Source: Candidatus Nanopelagicales bacterium (GTDB lineage Bacteria; Actinomycetota; Actinomycetes; S36-B12). Taken from it: 64,000 bases of DNA. Shown here piece by piece: positions 15,082 to 26,660 of the stretch (its first letter is position 1; each line of letters begins with the position of its first letter). The notes beneath the pieces were generated by a model that was given only the letters and a program-made list of their open reading frames with translations, did not search any database and was not told the origin of the DNA. The position numbers and the translations under genes are program-made. The stretch spans positions 92,648 to 156,647 of the forward strand of contig JBDQFC010000001.1 of the NCBI GenBank assembly GCA_040266055.1, in the 5' to 3' direction.

Positions 15082-15551
15082 TGCCTCGTAAGGGTCCCGC
15101 CGGCAAGCGACCGATCGTCAACGATCCGGTCTACGGCTCGCCGATCGTTACTCAACTCATCAATAAGGTGCTGCTTGACGGCAAGCGCTCCAAAGCCGAG
15201 TCTGTCGTCTACGGCGCCCTTGAGGGCTGCCGCGAAAAGACCGGCACCGATCCTGTCCAGACCCTCAAGCGCGCTCTCGACAATGTGCGGCCCACGCTTG
15301 AGGTGCGCTCCCGTCGCGTCGGTGGTGCCACCTACCAGGTGCCCGTCGAGGTCAAGCCGGTGCGGAGCACCACCTTGGCCATGCGCTGGCTTATCGGTTT
15401 CTCACGGCAGCGCCGCGAGAAGACCATGACCGAGCGCCTCATGAATGAAATCCTCGACGCTTCCAACGGCCTCGGTGCCAGCGTCAAGAAGCGCGAGGAC
15501 ACCCACAAGATGGCGGAGTCCAACAAGGCCTTCGCTCACTACCGCTGGTAA
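15081..15551 (+). CDS. rpsG: 30S ribosomal protein S7 (uS7)
   Basis: [37 protein letters not shown] ... AFAHYRW. Start overlaps the rpsL stop (TAATG). Confidence 0.98.
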   Translation: MPRKGPAGKRPIVNDPVYGSPIVTQLINKVLLDGKRSKAESVVYGALEGCREKTGTDPVQTLKRALDNVRPTLEVRSRRVGGATYQVPVEVKPVRSTTLAMRWLIGFSRQRREKTMTERLMNEILDASNGLGASVKKREDTHKMAESNKAFAHYRW

Positions 15552-15598
15552 TCGCCCACAAGGCCCAAGAGAACGCACAGACGAGAAAAACGGAGCAG

Positions 15599-17701
15599 AT
15601 GGTGTCCACCGCACTTGGTATCGACCTCGCCAAGGTCCGCAACATCGGGATCATGGCGCACATCGATGCTGGCAAGACCACAACCACCGAGCGGATCCTC
15701 TTCTACACCGGTATCAACTACAAGATCGGTGAGGTCCACGACGGCGCAGCCACCATGGACTGGATGGAGCAAGAGCAAGAGCGCGGAATCACCATCACGT
15801 CCGCAGCCACCACGTGTTCGTGGAAGGGCTACACGATCAACATCATCGATACTCCCGGCCACGTCGACTTCACCGTTGAGGTCGAGCGTTCCCTTCGCGT
15901 CCTCGACGGTGCCGTCGCGGTGTTCGACGGAGTCGCCGGTGTCGAGCCGCAGTCTGAGACAGTCTGGCGCCAGGCCGACCGTTATGGCGTTCCCCGCATG
16001 TGTTTTGTGAACAAGCTCGACCGCACCGGTGCCGACTTCTACATGTGCGTCGACATGATCGTTTCTCGCTTGAACGCGGAGCCGCTGGTACTGCAGCTGC
16101 CGATCGGCAATGAGGCTGACTTCATCGGAATCGTCGATCTTGTCGAAATGCGTGCACTCACCTGGCGTGGCGAAACCGCCCTAGGCGAGGACTACGCCGT
16201 CGAAGAGATCCCCGCCGACATGCAAGACCAGGCAGCTGAATGGCGCGAGAAACTCCTCGAGGCGCTGTCGGAGAACGACGACGCCGTCATGGAGAAGTAC
16301 CTCGAGGGCGAAGAGCTCTCGGTTGAGGAGATCAAGGCCGGCATCCGCCGCGCGACTCTCGCCGCGTTGGTCACGCCGGTTCTCACCGGTACCGCCTTCA
16401 AGAACAAGGGCGTGCAGCCCATGCTCGATGCGGTCATCGACTACCTCCCCTCGCCAATTGACGTCGAGGGTGTTGAAGGCCACAAGATGGGCAACGAGGA
16501 AGAGTCGATGTCGCGCAAGCCCAGCGAGGACGAGCCCTTCAGCGCTCTGGCATTCAAGATCATGTCCGACCCACACCTGGGCAAGCTCACCTACGTGCGC
16601 GTCTACTCCGGAACCCTGCAGACCGGTACCCAGGTTCTCAACAGCACCAAGGACCGCAAGGAGCGCATCGGCAAGATCTACCGGATGCACGCCAACAAGC
16701 GTGAGGAGATCGAGTCGACCGGTGCAGGCGACATCGTGGCGGTCATGGGTCTGAAGGACACCACCACTGGAGACACTCTCTGTGATCCCAGCAACCCGGT
16801 CGTCCTGGAGTCGATGACCTTCCCCGAGCCCGTCATCTCGGTGGCCATCGAGCCCAAGACCAAGTCCGACCAGGAGAAGCTCGGTACCGCGATCCAGCGT
16901 CTGGCCGAAGAGGATCCGACGTTCCGCGTCAGCACGAACGAGGAAACCGGCCAGACGATCATCGAGGGAATGGGCGAGCTCCACCTCGAGGTTCTCGTCG
17001 ATCGCATGAAGCGTGAGTTCAAGGTCGAAGCCAACGTCGGCAAGCCGCAGGTCGCCTACCGCGAGACCCTGACCAAGCCGGTCGAGAAAGTCGAGTACAC
17101 GCACAAGAAGCAGACCGGTGGTTCGGGCCAGTTCGGTCGCGTCATCATCGCGGTGGAGCCGAACACAGAAGAAGGCGGCGGCTACCTGTTCGAGAACAAG
17201 GTCACCGGTGGACGCATCCCGCGCGAGTACATCCCGTCGGTCGACGCTGGTTGCCAGGAGGCCATGGAGAACGGCGTGCTCGCCGGATACCCCATGGTTG
17301 ATGTGAAGGTCACCCTGCTCGACGGTGCGTACCACGACGTCGACTCCTCCGAACTCGCGTTCAAGATCGCTGGATCGATGGCGTTCAAGGACGCGGCAAA
17401 CCGCGCCAAGCCGGCGCTTCTTGAGCCGATGATGGCCGTGGAAGTCACCACTCCGGAGGACTTCATGGGGGATGTCATCGGCGACCTCAACTCCCGACGC
17501 GGTCAGGTCCAGGCGATGGAGGAGCGCTCCGGCGCTCGCGTCGTCAAGGCTCTGGTGCCGTTGTCGGAGATGTTCGGCTACGTGGGCGACCTCCGCAGTC
17601 GCACTCAGGGCCGGGCTAGCTACAGCATGCAGTTCGACTCCTACGCCCAGGTCCCGCAGGCCGTGGCGACGGAGATCATCGCTAAGGCTCGCGGCGAATA
17701 G
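15599..17701 (+). CDS. fusA: Elongation factor G
   Basis: 700 aa. G-domain [28 protein letters not shown]. Standard str-operon position. Confidence 0.98.
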   Translation: MVSTALGIDLAKVRNIGIMAHIDAGKTTTTERILFYTGINYKIGEVHDGAATMDWMEQEQERGITITSAATTCSWKGYTINIIDTPGHVDFTVEVERSLRVLDGAVAVFDGVAGVEPQSETVWRQADRYGVPRMCFVNKLDRTGADFYMCVDMIVSRLNAEPLVLQLPIGNEADFIGIVDLVEMRALTWRGETALGEDYAVEEIPADMQDQAAEWREKLLEALSENDDAVMEKYLEGEELSVEEIKAGIRRATLAALVTPVLTGTAFKNKGVQPMLDAVIDYLPSPIDVEGVEGHKMGNEEESMSRKPSEDEPFSALAFKIMSDPHLGKLTYVRVYSGTLQTGTQVLNSTKDRKERIGKIYRMHANKREEIESTGAGDIVAVMGLKDTTTGDTLCDPSNPVVLESMTFPEPVISVAIEPKTKSDQEKLGTAIQRLAEEDPTFRVSTNEETGQTIIEGMGELHLEVLVDRMKREFKVEANVGKPQVAYRETLTKPVEKVEYTHKKQTGGSGQFGRVIIAVEPNTEEGGGYLFENKVTGGRIPREYIPSVDAGCQEAMENGVLAGYPMVDVKVTLLDGAYHDVDSSELAFKIAGSMAFKDAANRAKPALLEPMMAVEVTTPEDFMGDVIGDLNSRRGQVQAMEERSGARVVKALVPLSEMFGYVGDLRSRTQGRASYSMQFDSYAQVPQAVATEIIAKARGE

Positions 17702-17785
17702 TCGCGGATCACAACACAAAAGAAGAACCAACCGCACGAACCGATCCGCGCAACGCCGGACGGCACAAGACAAGGGAGAACGCAC

Positions 17786-18976
17786 GTGGCCAAGGCCAAG
17801 TTCGAGCGCACCAAGCCGCACATCAACATCGGCACCATCGGTCATATCGACCATGGCAAGACGACGCTGACTGCAGCCATCACCAAGGTGCTGCATGACC
17901 GCTACCCCGATGTCAACCCCTTCACGCCTTTCGACGAGATCGATAAGGCTCCGGAGGAGCGGCAGCGCGGTATCACGATTTCGATCGCACACGTCGAGTA
18001 CGAGACCGAGGCTCGCCACTACGCACACGTGGACTGCCCGGGTCACGCCGACTACATCAAGAACATGATCACCGGTGCCGCACAGATGGACGGCGCGATC
18101 CTCGTGGTCGCCGCTACCGACGGCCCGATGCCGCAGACTAAAGAGCACGTGCTCCTCGCCCGCCAGGTGGGCGTCCCGGCCATCGTCGTCGCGCTCAACA
18201 AGTGCGACATGGTGGACGACGAGGAGCTCATCGAGCTCGTCGAGATGGAGGTCCGCGAGCTCCTCAGCAGCTACGAGTTCCCCGGCGACGACGTCCCCGT
18301 GGTTCGCGTTGCAGCCTTCCCGGCGCTCCAGGGCGACGAGAAGTGGGGCGACGCCATCATGGAGCTCATGGGCGCTGTCGATGAGTACATCGCCACCCCT
18401 GAGCGCGCTGTTGACCAGCCGTTCCTTATGCCAGTTGAGGACGTCTTCACGATCACCGGTCGTGGAACCGTTATCACTGGAAAGGTTGAGCGTGGTCAGG
18501 TCAACGTGAACGACGAGGTCGAGATCGTTGGTATCCGCGACAAGCAGAAGACCACCGTTACCGGTATCGAGATGTTCCGTAAGCTGCTCGACTATGCAGA
18601 GGCAGGCGAGAACGTAGGCCTACTTCTTCGTGGCACCAAGCGCGAGGACGTCGAGCGTGGACAGGTTGTCTGCAAGCCTGGATCGATCACCCCGCACACG
18701 GAGTTCGAGGCTCAGGCCTACATCCTGTCCAAGGACGAGGGTGGTCGTCACACTCCGTTCTTCAACAACTACCGTCCGCAGTTCTACTTCCGGACGACCG
18801 ACGTCACCGGCGTCGTGCACCTGCCCGAGGGCAAGGACATGGTCATGCCCGGAGACAACACCGACATGCGCGTCGAGCTGATCCAGCCCGTTGCCATGGA
18901 TGAGGGGTTGCGTTTCGCGATCCGTGAGGGTGGCCGCACCGTCGGTGCCGGTCGCGTTACGAAGATCCTGACGTAG
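17786..18976 (+). CDS. tuf: Elongation factor Tu
   Basis: 396 aa, GTG start. [26 protein letters not shown]. Confidence 0.98.
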   Translation: MAKAKFERTKPHINIGTIGHIDHGKTTLTAAITKVLHDRYPDVNPFTPFDEIDKAPEERQRGITISIAHVEYETEARHYAHVDCPGHADYIKNMITGAAQMDGAILVVAATDGPMPQTKEHVLLARQVGVPAIVVALNKCDMVDDEELIELVEMEVRELLSSYEFPGDDVPVVRVAAFPALQGDEKWGDAIMELMGAVDEYIATPERAVDQPFLMPVEDVFTITGRGTVITGKVERGQVNVNDEVEIVGIRDKQKTTVTGIEMFRKLLDYAEAGENVGLLLRGTKREDVERGQVVCKPGSITPHTEFEAQAYILSKDEGGRHTPFFNNYRPQFYFRTTDVTGVVHLPEGKDMVMPGDNTDMRVELIQPVAMDEGLRFAIREGGRTVGAGRVTKILT

Positions 18977-18992
18977 AGACCCCCCCGCTGCT

Positions 18993-19027
18993 TCGTGGTG
19001 GGCGGTGAGACCCACCGCCCACCACGA
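18993..19027 (+). terminator. 15-bp GC-rich hairpin after tuf (terminator or attenuator; no U-tail)
   Basis: tcgtggtgggcggtg / caccgcccaccacga, a perfect 15-bp stem with 5-nt loop, 17 nt after the tuf stop. Confidence 0.5.
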
Positions 19028-19119
19028 GACACAGCAACTGCAAGGCCGCACGAGCAGCAAGACCAGCACAACGGCAAGAACCACTGACGCAAGAACGAGA
19101 AGAAGGACGGCAAGCCACC

Positions 19120-19428
19120 ATGGCGGCACAGAAGATCCGCATCAGGCTCAAGGCCTATGACCACGAGGTGATCGATTCCTCGGCGAAGAAGATCGTCGAG
19201 ACGGTCACGCGTACCGGTGCGCAGGTTGCCGGGCCGGTCCCGCTGCCTACCGAGAAGAACGTGTACTGCGTCATCCGCTCGCCGCACAAGTACAAGGACA
19301 GCCGTGAGCATTTCGAGATGCGCACGCACAAGCGCCTTATCGACATTCTCGACCCCACGCCCAAGACCGTCGACTCGCTGATGCGCCTCGACCTGCCGGC
19401 TGGTGTCGACATCGAGATCAAGCTGTAG
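19120..19428 (+). CDS. rpsJ: 30S ribosomal protein S10 (uS10)
   Basis: [29 protein letters not shown] ... [16 protein letters not shown]. Confidence 0.98.
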   Translation: MAAQKIRIRLKAYDHEVIDSSAKKIVETVTRTGAQVAGPVPLPTEKNVYCVIRSPHKYKDSREHFEMRTHKRLIDILDPTPKTVDSLMRLDLPAGVDIEIKL

Positions 19429-19440
19429 GGGATAAAGGCC

Positions 19441-20103
19441 ATGTCTAGGACGATCAAGGGTGTGCTGGGCTCCAAGCTCGGCATGACGCAGATCTGGGAC
19501 GAGAACAACCGCGTGATCCCCGTGACGGTGGTCAAGGTCGGTCCGTGTGTTGTCACCCAGGTGCGCACGCCGGAGACCGACGGCTACAACGCCGTGCAAC
19601 TCGGTTTTGGAGCTATCGACCCCCGCAAGGTGAACAAGCCCATGAGCGGTCACTTCGCGAAGGCCGGGGTTACGCCGCGTCGCCACCTGGTGGAGCTTCG
19701 TACCGACGATGCTTCGGAGTACACGCTCGGTCAAGAACTCGGGGCCGACACCTTCGAAGCGGGCCAACGAGTCGATGCCACCGGAACCACTAAGGGCAAG
19801 GGCTTCGCTGGTGTCATGAAGCGGCACGGCTTCCACGGGCTGCGCGCCTCGCACGGTGTGCAGCGCAAGCATCGCTCGCCGGGTTCCATCGGTGGCTGCG
19901 CCACCCCCGGGCGTGTTTTCAAGGGTCTGCGCATGGCCGGCCGCATGGGCTCGGACCAGCAGACCACCCAGAATTTGACCATCGCCGGTGTTGATGCCGA
20001 GAAGGGACTGCTTCTGCTCAAGGGCGCAGTGCCCGGTCCTAAAGGTGGCCTCGTGCTGATCACGACGGCTGTCAAGGAAGCCATGAAGGAGGTCAGCGCA
20101 TGA
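19441..20103 (+). CDS. rplC: 50S ribosomal protein L3 (uL3)
   Basis: [26 protein letters not shown] ... [17 protein letters not shown]. Confidence 0.98.
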   Translation: MSRTIKGVLGSKLGMTQIWDENNRVIPVTVVKVGPCVVTQVRTPETDGYNAVQLGFGAIDPRKVNKPMSGHFAKAGVTPRRHLVELRTDDASEYTLGQELGADTFEAGQRVDATGTTKGKGFAGVMKRHGFHGLRASHGVQRKHRSPGSIGGCATPGRVFKGLRMAGRMGSDQQTTQNLTIAGVDAEKGLLLLKGAVPGPKGGLVLITTAVKEAMKEVSA

Positions 20104-20774
20104 CTTCGGTAGACGTTCTCGATCCGGCTGGCAAGAAGTCCGGCTCGGTCGACCTCCCTGCAGAGGTTTTCGACGTTCAGGTCAACGTGCCGTTGATCCA
20201 CCAGGTTGTCGTCGCTCAACTCGCTGCGGCTCGTCAGGGCACGCACGACACCAAGACCCGCGCCGAGGTGCGCGGCGGTGGACGCAAGCCCTATAAGCAA
20301 AAGGGCACTGGCCGCGCCCGTCAGGGTTCGACCCGAGCACCGCAGTTCGCCGGCGGCGGCACGGTTCACGGCCCTACGCCGCGCGACTACGCCCAGCGCA
20401 CACCCAAGAAGATGAAGGCTGCTGCGTTGCGCGGTGCGCTGTCTGATCGCGCTCGTGACGGCCGTGTGCACGTTGTGACCACGTTCGCCGCGGGAGATGT
20501 GCCATCGACCAAGGCGGCGGCAGCTGCACTCAATGCTATTGGTCTTGAGGGAGATTTCCTCGCCGTCGTGACCCGAGACGAGGAGTCGTCCTGGCTGAGC
20601 CTGCGCAATTTGCCGCAGATCATGGTCGTTGCTCCTGACCAACTCAATACCTACGACGTCCTGGTTAATGACCGCGTCGTGTTCACCCAGGCCGCCTTCG
20701 ACGCTTTTCTCGCTGGACCGGTGTCTGGCAGGGGCGCTAAGGCCGTCGCCGCGGAAAGCGAGGTTGAGGCATGA
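20100..20774 (+). CDS. rplD: 50S ribosomal protein L4 (uL4)
   Basis: ATGA overlap with rpl[47 protein letters not shown]. Confidence 0.97.
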   Translation: MTSVDVLDPAGKKSGSVDLPAEVFDVQVNVPLIHQVVVAQLAAARQGTHDTKTRAEVRGGGRKPYKQKGTGRARQGSTRAPQFAGGGTVHGPTPRDYAQRTPKKMKAAALRGALSDRARDGRVHVVTTFAAGDVPSTKAAAAALNAIGLEGDFLAVVTRDEESSWLSLRNLPQIMVVAPDQLNTYDVLVNDRVVFTQAAFDAFLAGPVSGRGAKAVAAESEVEA

Positions 20775-21070
20775 GGATCGCGGACCCGCGGGACGTTTTG
20801 ATCTCGCCTGTCATCTCCGAGAAGAGCTATGGCCTTCTCGACGAGAACAAGTACACGTTCATCGTCGCCCCCGATGCCAACAAGACGCAGATCAAGTTGG
20901 CAGTCGAGCAGGTCTTCGGTGTGAAGGTCACGGGTGTGAACACCAACAACCGTGAAGGTAAGCGGGTGCGGACGCGACACGGCTGGGGACGCCGTGCGGC
21001 AACCAAGCGCGCCATCGTCACGGTCGCAACCGGCGATCGCATCGACATCTTCGGAGGGCCGGTCTCCTGA
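20771..21070 (+). CDS. rplW: 50S ribosomal protein L23 (uL23)
   Basis: [49 protein letters not shown]. Confidence 0.97.
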   Translation: MRIADPRDVLISPVISEKSYGLLDENKYTFIVAPDANKTQIKLAVEQVFGVKVTGVNTNNREGKRVRTRHGWGRRAATKRAIVTVATGDRIDIFGGPVS

Positions 21071-21108
21071 CCGGCGTGAGCTGACGGAAAAGAAGGAACG
21101 GACACACC

Positions 21109-21945
21109 ATGGCAATCCGTAGGTACAAGCCCACGACCCCCGGTCGTCGCGGCTCGAGCGTTGCCGATTTCGTCGAGATCACGCGATCGGAGCCGGAGAA
21201 GTCGCTGCTGCGCCCCCTATCCAAGTCGGGCGGCCGCAACAACTCGGGCAAGATCACCACTCGCCACAAGGGCGGTGGCCACAAGCGTGCGTACCGACTT
21301 ATCGACTTCAAGCGAGCGGACAAGGACGGCGTGCCCGCCAAGGTCGCGCACATCGAGTACGACCCAAACCGCACAGCACGCATCGCGCTCTTGCACTTCG
21401 CCGATGGGGAGAAGCGCTACATCATCGCCCCTGAGAAGCTGAAGCAGGGCGACCGCGTCGAGACTGGTCCAAGTGCTGACATCAAGCCCGGAAATAACCT
21501 GCCGCTGCGCAACATCCCGGTCGGCACCGTGATCCACGCTGTGGAGATCAAGCCCGGTGGTGGAGCCAAGATCGCCCGGTCCGCCGGTGCGAGTGTCCAG
21601 CTCGTCGCCAAGGACGGTCCCTACGCGCAGTTGCGTATGCCCTCGGGGGAGATCCGCAACGTCGACCTCCGCTCACGCGCGACGGTCGGTGAAGTGGGAA
21701 ATGCCGAGCAGTCCAACATCAACTGGGGCAAGGCTGGCCGCATGCGCTGGAAGGGCAAGCGTCCGACGGTTCGTGGTGTCGCCATGAACCCGGTCGATCA
21801 CCCGCACGGCGGTGGCGAGGGTAAGACCTCCGGTGGCCGTCACCCGGTCAACCCGAAGGGTCGTCCCGAGGGCCGCACCCGCAAGGCCAAGAAGGCCAGC
21901 GACAAGTTCATCGTCCGCCGCCGCAAGACCGGCAAGAAGCGCTAG
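21109..21945 (+). CDS. rplB: 50S ribosomal protein L2 (uL2)
   Basis: [21 protein letters not shown] ... [21 protein letters not shown]. Confidence 0.98.
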   Translation: MAIRRYKPTTPGRRGSSVADFVEITRSEPEKSLLRPLSKSGGRNNSGKITTRHKGGGHKRAYRLIDFKRADKDGVPAKVAHIEYDPNRTARIALLHFADGEKRYIIAPEKLKQGDRVETGPSADIKPGNNLPLRNIPVGTVIHAVEIKPGGGAKIARSAGASVQLVAKDGPYAQLRMPSGEIRNVDLRSRATVGEVGNAEQSNINWGKAGRMRWKGKRPTVRGVAMNPVDHPHGGGEGKTSGGRHPVNPKGRPEGRTRKAKKASDKFIVRRRKTGKKR

Positions 21946-21956
21946 GGGATCAGCAG

Positions 21957-22238
21957 ATGCCACGCAGCCTGAAGAAGGGCCCGTTCATCGACGAGCATTT
22001 GATCAAGAAGGTCGATGCTCAAAACGAGTCCGGGTCTAAGAACGTCATCAAGACGTGGTCGCGCCGATCCATGATCGTGCCGGCCATGCTCGGCCACACC
22101 ATCGCGGTGCACGACGGACGCAAGCACGTCCCGGTGTTCGTCAGCGAGAACATGGTGGGACACAAACTCGGTGAGTTTGCCCCCACCCGGACCTTCAAAG
22201 GCCACATCAAAGACGACCGAAAGTCCAAGCGCCGCTAG
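21957..22238 (+). CDS. rpsS: 30S ribosomal protein S19 (uS19)
   Basis: [19 protein letters not shown] ... [17 protein letters not shown] ... [12 protein letters not shown]. Confidence 0.98.
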   Translation: MPRSLKKGPFIDEHLIKKVDAQNESGSKNVIKTWSRRSMIVPAMLGHTIAVHDGRKHVPVFVSENMVGHKLGEFAPTRTFKGHIKDDRKSKRR

Positions 22239-22307
22239 GCAGCGCGGGTCTACCGGGCACCAAACGCAACTCAACGAAACACACGACAAGCGAGCAAGGG
22301 GAAAGCA

Positions 22308-22829
22308 ATGGAAGCCAGGGCCCAAGCGCGGTACGTCCGCGTCACGCCCATGAAGGCACGCCGGGTCATTGACCTCATCCGCGGGATGCAGGCCAGCGAC
22401 GCCCAGGACGTGCTGCGGTTCGCGCCGCAAGCGGCGAGTGAACCCGTGGGCAAGGTGCTTGCCAGCGCAGTTGCCAACGCCACCAACAATCACGGGATGG
22501 ACTCTCGTGACCTGGTGGTCGCCCAGGCGTTTGTCGACGAGGGTCCGACCCTCAAGCGCATTCGGCCGCGGGCCCAGGGACGCGCCTACCGGGTCGGCAA
22601 GCGCACCAGCCACATCACGGTGATCGTCTCCGACGGTACCGCTGTGGTCGAGGCGGTCCCGGCACCGAAGGCCAAGGCCGCCTCCGCTCCGGCACCGGTC
22701 ACCGAAGACACCGCGGCGGGGTCGGCGAGCGAGACTTCCCAAGAGTCGACTGCGAAGAAGACGACTGCGAAGAAGTCGACTGCGAAGAAGACTGCCAAGA
22801 AGACGACCGCCGCGAAGGAAGAGGACTGA
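22308..22829 (+). CDS. rplV: 50S ribosomal protein L22 (uL22) with A/P/K-rich C-terminal extension
   Basis: [27 protein letters not shown] ... [22 protein letters not shown], then a ~60-aa tail ending [26 protein letters not shown]. Confidence 0.96.
   Translation: MEARAQARYVRVTPMKARRVIDLIRGMQASDAQDVLRFAPQAASEPVGKVLASAVANATNNHGMDSRDLVVAQAFVDEGPTLKRIRPRAQGRAYRVGKRTSHITVIVSDGTAVVEAVPAPKAKAASAPAPVTEDTAAGSASETSQESTAKKTTAKKSTAKKTAKKTTAAKEED
22746..22817 (+). repeat. 15-bp tandem repeat ((t/a)cgactgcgaagaag) encoding (S/T)TAKK units in the L22 tail
   Basis: Three near-perfect 15-nt units at 22746-22790, followed by two degenerate units. Read directly from sequence. Confidence 0.85.
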
Positions 22830-22831
22830 TC

Positions 22832-23677
22832 GTGGGACAGAAAGTAAACCCGCACGGCTTCCGGCTGGGCGTGACGACCGACTTCACCTCTCGCTGGTTC
22901 GCCGACGACGTCAAGAAGGGTCAGCGATACCGCGACTACGTCGAGGAGGACGTCAAGATCCGTAAGTTGCTCAGCCAAGGCATGGAGCGGGCGGGCATCG
23001 CCAAGGTTGAGATTGAGCGCACCCGTGAGCGGGTCCGTGTAGACATTCACACTGCTCGCCCGGGCATCGTGATCGGCCGTCGTGGCGCCGAGGCCGACCG
23101 CATCCGCGGGGACCTCGAGAAGTTGACCGGCAAGCAGGTGCAGCTGAACATCCTTGAGGTCAAGAACCCCGAGATCGAAGCGCAATTGGTCGCCCAGGGT
23201 ATTGCCGAGCAGCTCTCCAGTCGTGTGTCGTTCCGACGCGCCATGCGCAAGGGAATGCAGAGTGCGATGAAGGCCGGCGCCAAGGGCATTCGGGTGCAGG
23301 TATCCGGTCGCCTCGGTGGTGCCGAGATGTCGCGCACGGAGTTCTACCGCGAGGGACGGGTGCCGCTGCACACGCTTCGCGCGGATATCGACTACGGCTT
23401 TTACGAGGCGCGTACCACGTTCGGTCGCATCGGAGTCAAGGTTTGGATTTACAAGGGCGAGGCTCTGGGTTCGCGCGCTGAGCGTGAGGCGGCGGCCGCT
23501 GCCGCTCGACTCAGTGGACAACGGGCGCGCCCCGAACGTCCCCGTCGCGCCCGTCGTGATGACGAAGGAGCCCCGGCGGCTGCCGCTGAGGTTTCCGCAG
23601 AAGCGGTCGCTGACGCTGCAGATGCATCAGCCGATGCAGCGCCCGTTGAAACAGCGCCAGCCGGACAGGAGGGCTGA
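22832..23677 (+). CDS. rpsC: 30S ribosomal protein S3 (uS3) with Ala/Glu/Arg-rich C-terminal extension
   Basis: GTG start. [25 protein letters not shown] ... [31 protein letters not shown]. Confidence 0.97.
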   Translation: MGQKVNPHGFRLGVTTDFTSRWFADDVKKGQRYRDYVEEDVKIRKLLSQGMERAGIAKVEIERTRERVRVDIHTARPGIVIGRRGAEADRIRGDLEKLTGKQVQLNILEVKNPEIEAQLVAQGIAEQLSSRVSFRRAMRKGMQSAMKAGAKGIRVQVSGRLGGAEMSRTEFYREGRVPLHTLRADIDYGFYEARTTFGRIGVKVWIYKGEALGSRAEREAAAAAARLSGQRARPERPRRARRDDEGAPAAAAEVSAEAVADAADASADAAPVETAPAGQEG

Positions 23678-23679
23678 TC

Positions 23680-24102
23680 ATGTTGATTCCCCGCAGGGTC
23701 AAGCACCGCAAGCAGCACCATCCCAAGCGGTCTGGCGCGGCGAAGGGTGGAACCCAGGTCTCGTTCGGCACGTACGGCATCCAGGCTCTTGAGCCGGCCT
23801 ACGTGACCAACCGTCAGATTGAGGCCGCACGTATCGCCATCACCCGTCACGTTAAGCGTGGTGGCAAGGTCTGGATCAACATCTACCCCGACCGTCCGCT
23901 GACAAAGAAGCCGGCGGAAACCCGCATGGGTTCGGGCAAAGGTTCTCCCGAATGGTGGGTGGCCAACGTCAAGCCCGGGCGTGTCATGTTCGAGTTGTCC
24001 TACCCGGACGAGGAACTCGCACACGAAGCCCTCATGCGCGCAGTGCACAAACTCCCGATGAAGTGTCGGATCATCCGGCGCGACGAAGCAGGTGAGGACT
24101 AA
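23680..24102 (+). CDS. rplP: 50S ribosomal protein L16 (uL16)
   Basis: [38 protein letters not shown] ... [14 protein letters not shown]. Confidence 0.98.
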   Translation: MLIPRRVKHRKQHHPKRSGAAKGGTQVSFGTYGIQALEPAYVTNRQIEAARIAITRHVKRGGKVWINIYPDRPLTKKPAETRMGSGKGSPEWWVANVKPGRVMFELSYPDEELAHEALMRAVHKLPMKCRIIRRDEAGED

Positions 24103-24362
24103 TGGCAGTCGGAACAGCAGCCGGAGAGCTGCGCAACCTGACGCAAGAAGAGTTGGTGGCCCGACTTCGTGAATCGAAGGAGGAGTTGTTCAACCTTCGC
24201 TTCCAGGGTGCGACTGGTCAACTCGAGAACCACGGCAGGCTGCGCGCTGTCCGTAGGGACATCGCCCGTCTCTACACGATTCTGCGCGAGCGGGAACTAG
24301 GCATCACCCCGATGCTCGAAACGACCGACGTCGCCAACGACGGTGAGGAAGGTGCCGCATGA
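24102..24362 (+). CDS. rpmC: 50S ribosomal protein L29 (uL29)
   Basis: [55 protein letters not shown]. Position between rplP and rpsQ. Confidence 0.95.
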   Translation: MAVGTAAGELRNLTQEELVARLRESKEELFNLRFQGATGQLENHGRLRAVRRDIARLYTILRERELGITPMLETTDVANDGEEGAA

Positions 24363-24631
24363 GTGCCACACAGACAGAAGCCCGCGGATACCGCAAGGTC
24401 CGCGAGGGCCTCGTCGTCAGCGACAAGATGGACAAGACCGTCGTTGTAGCAGTCGAGGATCGCTTTAAGCACCCGCTGTACGGCAAGGTCGTGCGTCGCA
24501 CCAGCAAGTTGAAGGCGCACGACGAGCAGAACTCTGCAGGCGTGGGGGACCGCGTACTGCTCATGGAGACTCGCCCGCTGTCGGCTACCAAGAGGTGGCG
24601 CGTGGTCGAGGTCTTGGAGAAGGCCAAGTAG
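24359..24631 (+). CDS. rpsQ: 30S ribosomal protein S17 (uS17)
   Basis: [49 protein letters not shown] overlap with rpmC. Confidence 0.97.
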   Translation: MSATQTEARGYRKVREGLVVSDKMDKTVVVAVEDRFKHPLYGKVVRRTSKLKAHDEQNSAGVGDRVLLMETRPLSATKRWRVVEVLEKAK

Positions 24632-24636
24632 AAGTT

Positions 24637-24657
24637 CCGGCCGCCGACAGCGGCCGG
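24637..24657 (+). terminator. Short GC hairpin at the S10/spc operon boundary (attenuator or weak terminator)
   Basis: ccggccgc-cgaca-gcggccgg, followed by gttggtt. 6 nt after the rpsQ stop, in the 79-nt gap before rplN. Confidence 0.45.
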
Positions 24658-24710
24658 GTTGGTTCCGCCAGGCTCGGACCGAGAACCGGCAGACGATCAG
24701 GAGAGAAGAA

Positions 24711-25079
24711 GTGATCCAGCAAGAGTCGCGATTGCGAGTCGCCGACAACACAGGTGCCAAGGAGATCTTGTGCATCCGTGTCCTCGGCGGTTCTGGACGA
24801 CGTTACGCCGGAGTCGGAGACGTCATCGTCGCCACCGTCAAGGATGCGATCCCCGGCGGCGGTATCAAGAAGGGCGAGGTCGTCAAGGCCGTCATCGTCC
24901 GCACCAAGAAGGAACGTCGTCGTCCAGACGGCTCCTATATCCGCTTCGACGAGAACGCGGCTGTCATCCTCAAGGGTGAGAGCGAGCCTCGGGGTACCCG
25001 CATCTTCGGCCCCGTCGGTCGTGAGCTGCGCGACAAGAAGTTCATGAAGATCATCTCGCTCGCCCCGGAGGTGTTGTAG
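24711..25079 (+). CDS. rplN: 50S ribosomal protein L14 (uL14)
   Basis: GTG start. [46 protein letters not shown]. Confidence 0.98.
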   Translation: MIQQESRLRVADNTGAKEILCIRVLGGSGRRYAGVGDVIVATVKDAIPGGGIKKGEVVKAVIVRTKKERRRPDGSYIRFDENAAVILKGESEPRGTRIFGPVGRELRDKKFMKIISLAPEVL

Positions 25080-25081
25080 TC

Positions 25082-25444
25082 ATGAGCAAGCTCCACGTCC
25101 GTAAGGGCGACACTGTCCAGGTCATTTCCGGCAAGGACCGCGGTCTCACCGGCAAGGTCATCGAGGTCTACCCCGAGTCCGATCGAGTGATCGTCGAGGG
25201 CGTCAACCGGATCAAGAAGCACACCCGGGTGGGACAAAACGCCCGCGGCGCAAAGACCGGCGGCATCGTCACCACCGAAGCACCCGTCCATGTCTCCAAC
25301 GTCATGGTCGTCGATCCGGAAGATGGTCGCCCGACCCGTGTTGGCTACCGCAAGGAGAAGGTTGAGAAGCGTCGTCCGGACGGTTCGACCTACGAGGCCG
25401 AGCGCAATGTGCGGGTTTCCAAGCGCACCGGGAAGGACCTGTAA
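25082..25444 (+). CDS. rplX: 50S ribosomal protein L24 (uL24)
   Basis: [45 protein letters not shown]. Confidence 0.97.
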   Translation: MSKLHVRKGDTVQVISGKDRGLTGKVIEVYPESDRVIVEGVNRIKKHTRVGQNARGAKTGGIVTTEAPVHVSNVMVVDPEDGRPTRVGYRKEKVEKRRPDGSTYEAERNVRVSKRTGKDL

Positions 25445-26001
25445 TGAGCATTGACACTAAAGCGCGTTTGAAGGCCCGCTACCGCGAGGAAATCGTTTCC
25501 TCGCTGCGTTCGGAGTTCGATTACGCCAACATCATGCAGGTGCCCACGGTTACCAAGGTCGTGGTGAACATGGGTGTAGGCGAGGCTGCTCGGGACTCCA
25601 AACTCATCGAAGGCGCAATCCGCGACCTCACCGAGATCACTGGGCAAAAGCCACAGGTCACCAAGGCCCGCAAATCCATCGCGCAGTTCAAACTTCGCGA
25701 AGGACAGCCGATCGGGGCGCACGTGACCCTGCGCGGCGATCGTATGTGGGAGTTCCTGGATCGGTTGCTGTCGATCGCACTCCCGCGTATCCGAGACTTC
25801 CGTGGGTTGTCGCCCAAGCAGTTCGACGGGCACGGCAACTACACGTTTGGTCTGAACGAGCAGTCGGTGTTCCACGAGATCGATCAGGACAAGATCGACC
25901 GCACCCGTGGCATGGACATCACGGTCGTGACCACTGCGACTAACGACGACGAGGGGCGCGCACTGCTTCGGCTGCTGGGCTTCCCGTTCAAGGAGGCCTA
26001 G
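25444..26001 (+). CDS. rplE: 50S ribosomal protein L5 (uL5)
   Basis: [59 protein letters not shown]. Confidence 0.98.
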   Translation: MSIDTKARLKARYREEIVSSLRSEFDYANIMQVPTVTKVVVNMGVGEAARDSKLIEGAIRDLTEITGQKPQVTKARKSIAQFKLREGQPIGAHVTLRGDRMWEFLDRLLSIALPRIRDFRGLSPKQFDGHGNYTFGLNEQSVFHEIDQDKIDRTRGMDITVVTTATNDDEGRALLRLLGFPFKEA

Positions 26002-26004
26002 GCC

Positions 26005-26190
26005 ATGGCGAAGAAAGCTCTAATTCAAAAGCAGCAGAAGACGCCGAAGTTCAAGGTTCGTGCGTATACCCGCTGCACCAAGTGTGGACGCCCGCACTCG
26101 GTGTACCGCAAGTTCGGCTTGTGCCGTGTGTGCCTTCGAGAGATGGCGCACGCCGGCGAGCTACCCGGAGTCACTAAGAGCAGTTGGTAA
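26005..26190 (+). CDS. rpsN: 30S ribosomal protein S14 type Z (zinc-binding, 61 aa)
   Basis: [46 protein letters not shown]. CxxC...CxxC zinc ribbon retained. Confidence 0.97.
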   Translation: MAKKALIQKQQKTPKFKVRAYTRCTKCGRPHSVYRKFGLCRVCLREMAHAGELPGVTKSSW

Positions 26191-26250
26191 CGACGCCGCA
26201 GGTCCTTGGCGAGATGCTGAGGAAACCACGGCGAGGAAGGCCGGTAGGCC

Positions 26251-26649
26251 ATGACAATGACAGACCCGATCGCAGACATGCTCGCTCGTCTGCGTAACGC
26301 AAACTCGGCGTACCACGACGCAGTCGCGATGCCCCACTCCAAGATCAAGGCGAACATCGCCGAGATCTTGAAAGCAGAGGGTTACATCGCCGGCTACGAC
26401 GTTGCCGACGCAGAGGTGGGCAAGACGCTCACCTTGCAGTTGAAGTACGGCCCATCGCGTGAACGTTCCATCGCGGGCCTGCGGCGCGTGTCCAAGCCTG
26501 GGCTGCGCGTATACGCCAAGAGCACCGCGCTCCCGCGCGTTCTCGGTGGTCTTGGCATCGCGATCTTGTCCACGTCGAACGGTCTGCTGACCGACCGACA
26601 GGCTCAAAAGAAGGGCGTAGGCGGGGAAGTCCTCGCTTACGTCTGGTAG
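26251..26649 (+). CDS. rpsH: 30S ribosomal protein S8 (uS8)
   Basis: [46 protein letters not shown]. Confidence 0.98.
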   Translation: MTMTDPIADMLARLRNANSAYHDAVAMPHSKIKANIAEILKAEGYIAGYDVADAEVGKTLTLQLKYGPSRERSIAGLRRVSKPGLRVYAKSTALPRVLGGLGIAILSTSNGLLTDRQAQKKGVGGEVLAYVW

Positions 26650-26660
26650 GGAGGAGCGAG

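Noticed and set aside
16181-18148. 655-aa ORF on the minus strand spanning the 3' half of fusA, the fusA-tuf spacer and the 5' part of tuf
   Set aside because: It lies antisense to two universally conserved genes whose translations are unmistakable. The product is R/D/V/H/L/G-rich low-information sequence, typical of shadow ORFs that stay open in high-GC genomes because of GC3 bias. It has no start context or recognisable domain.
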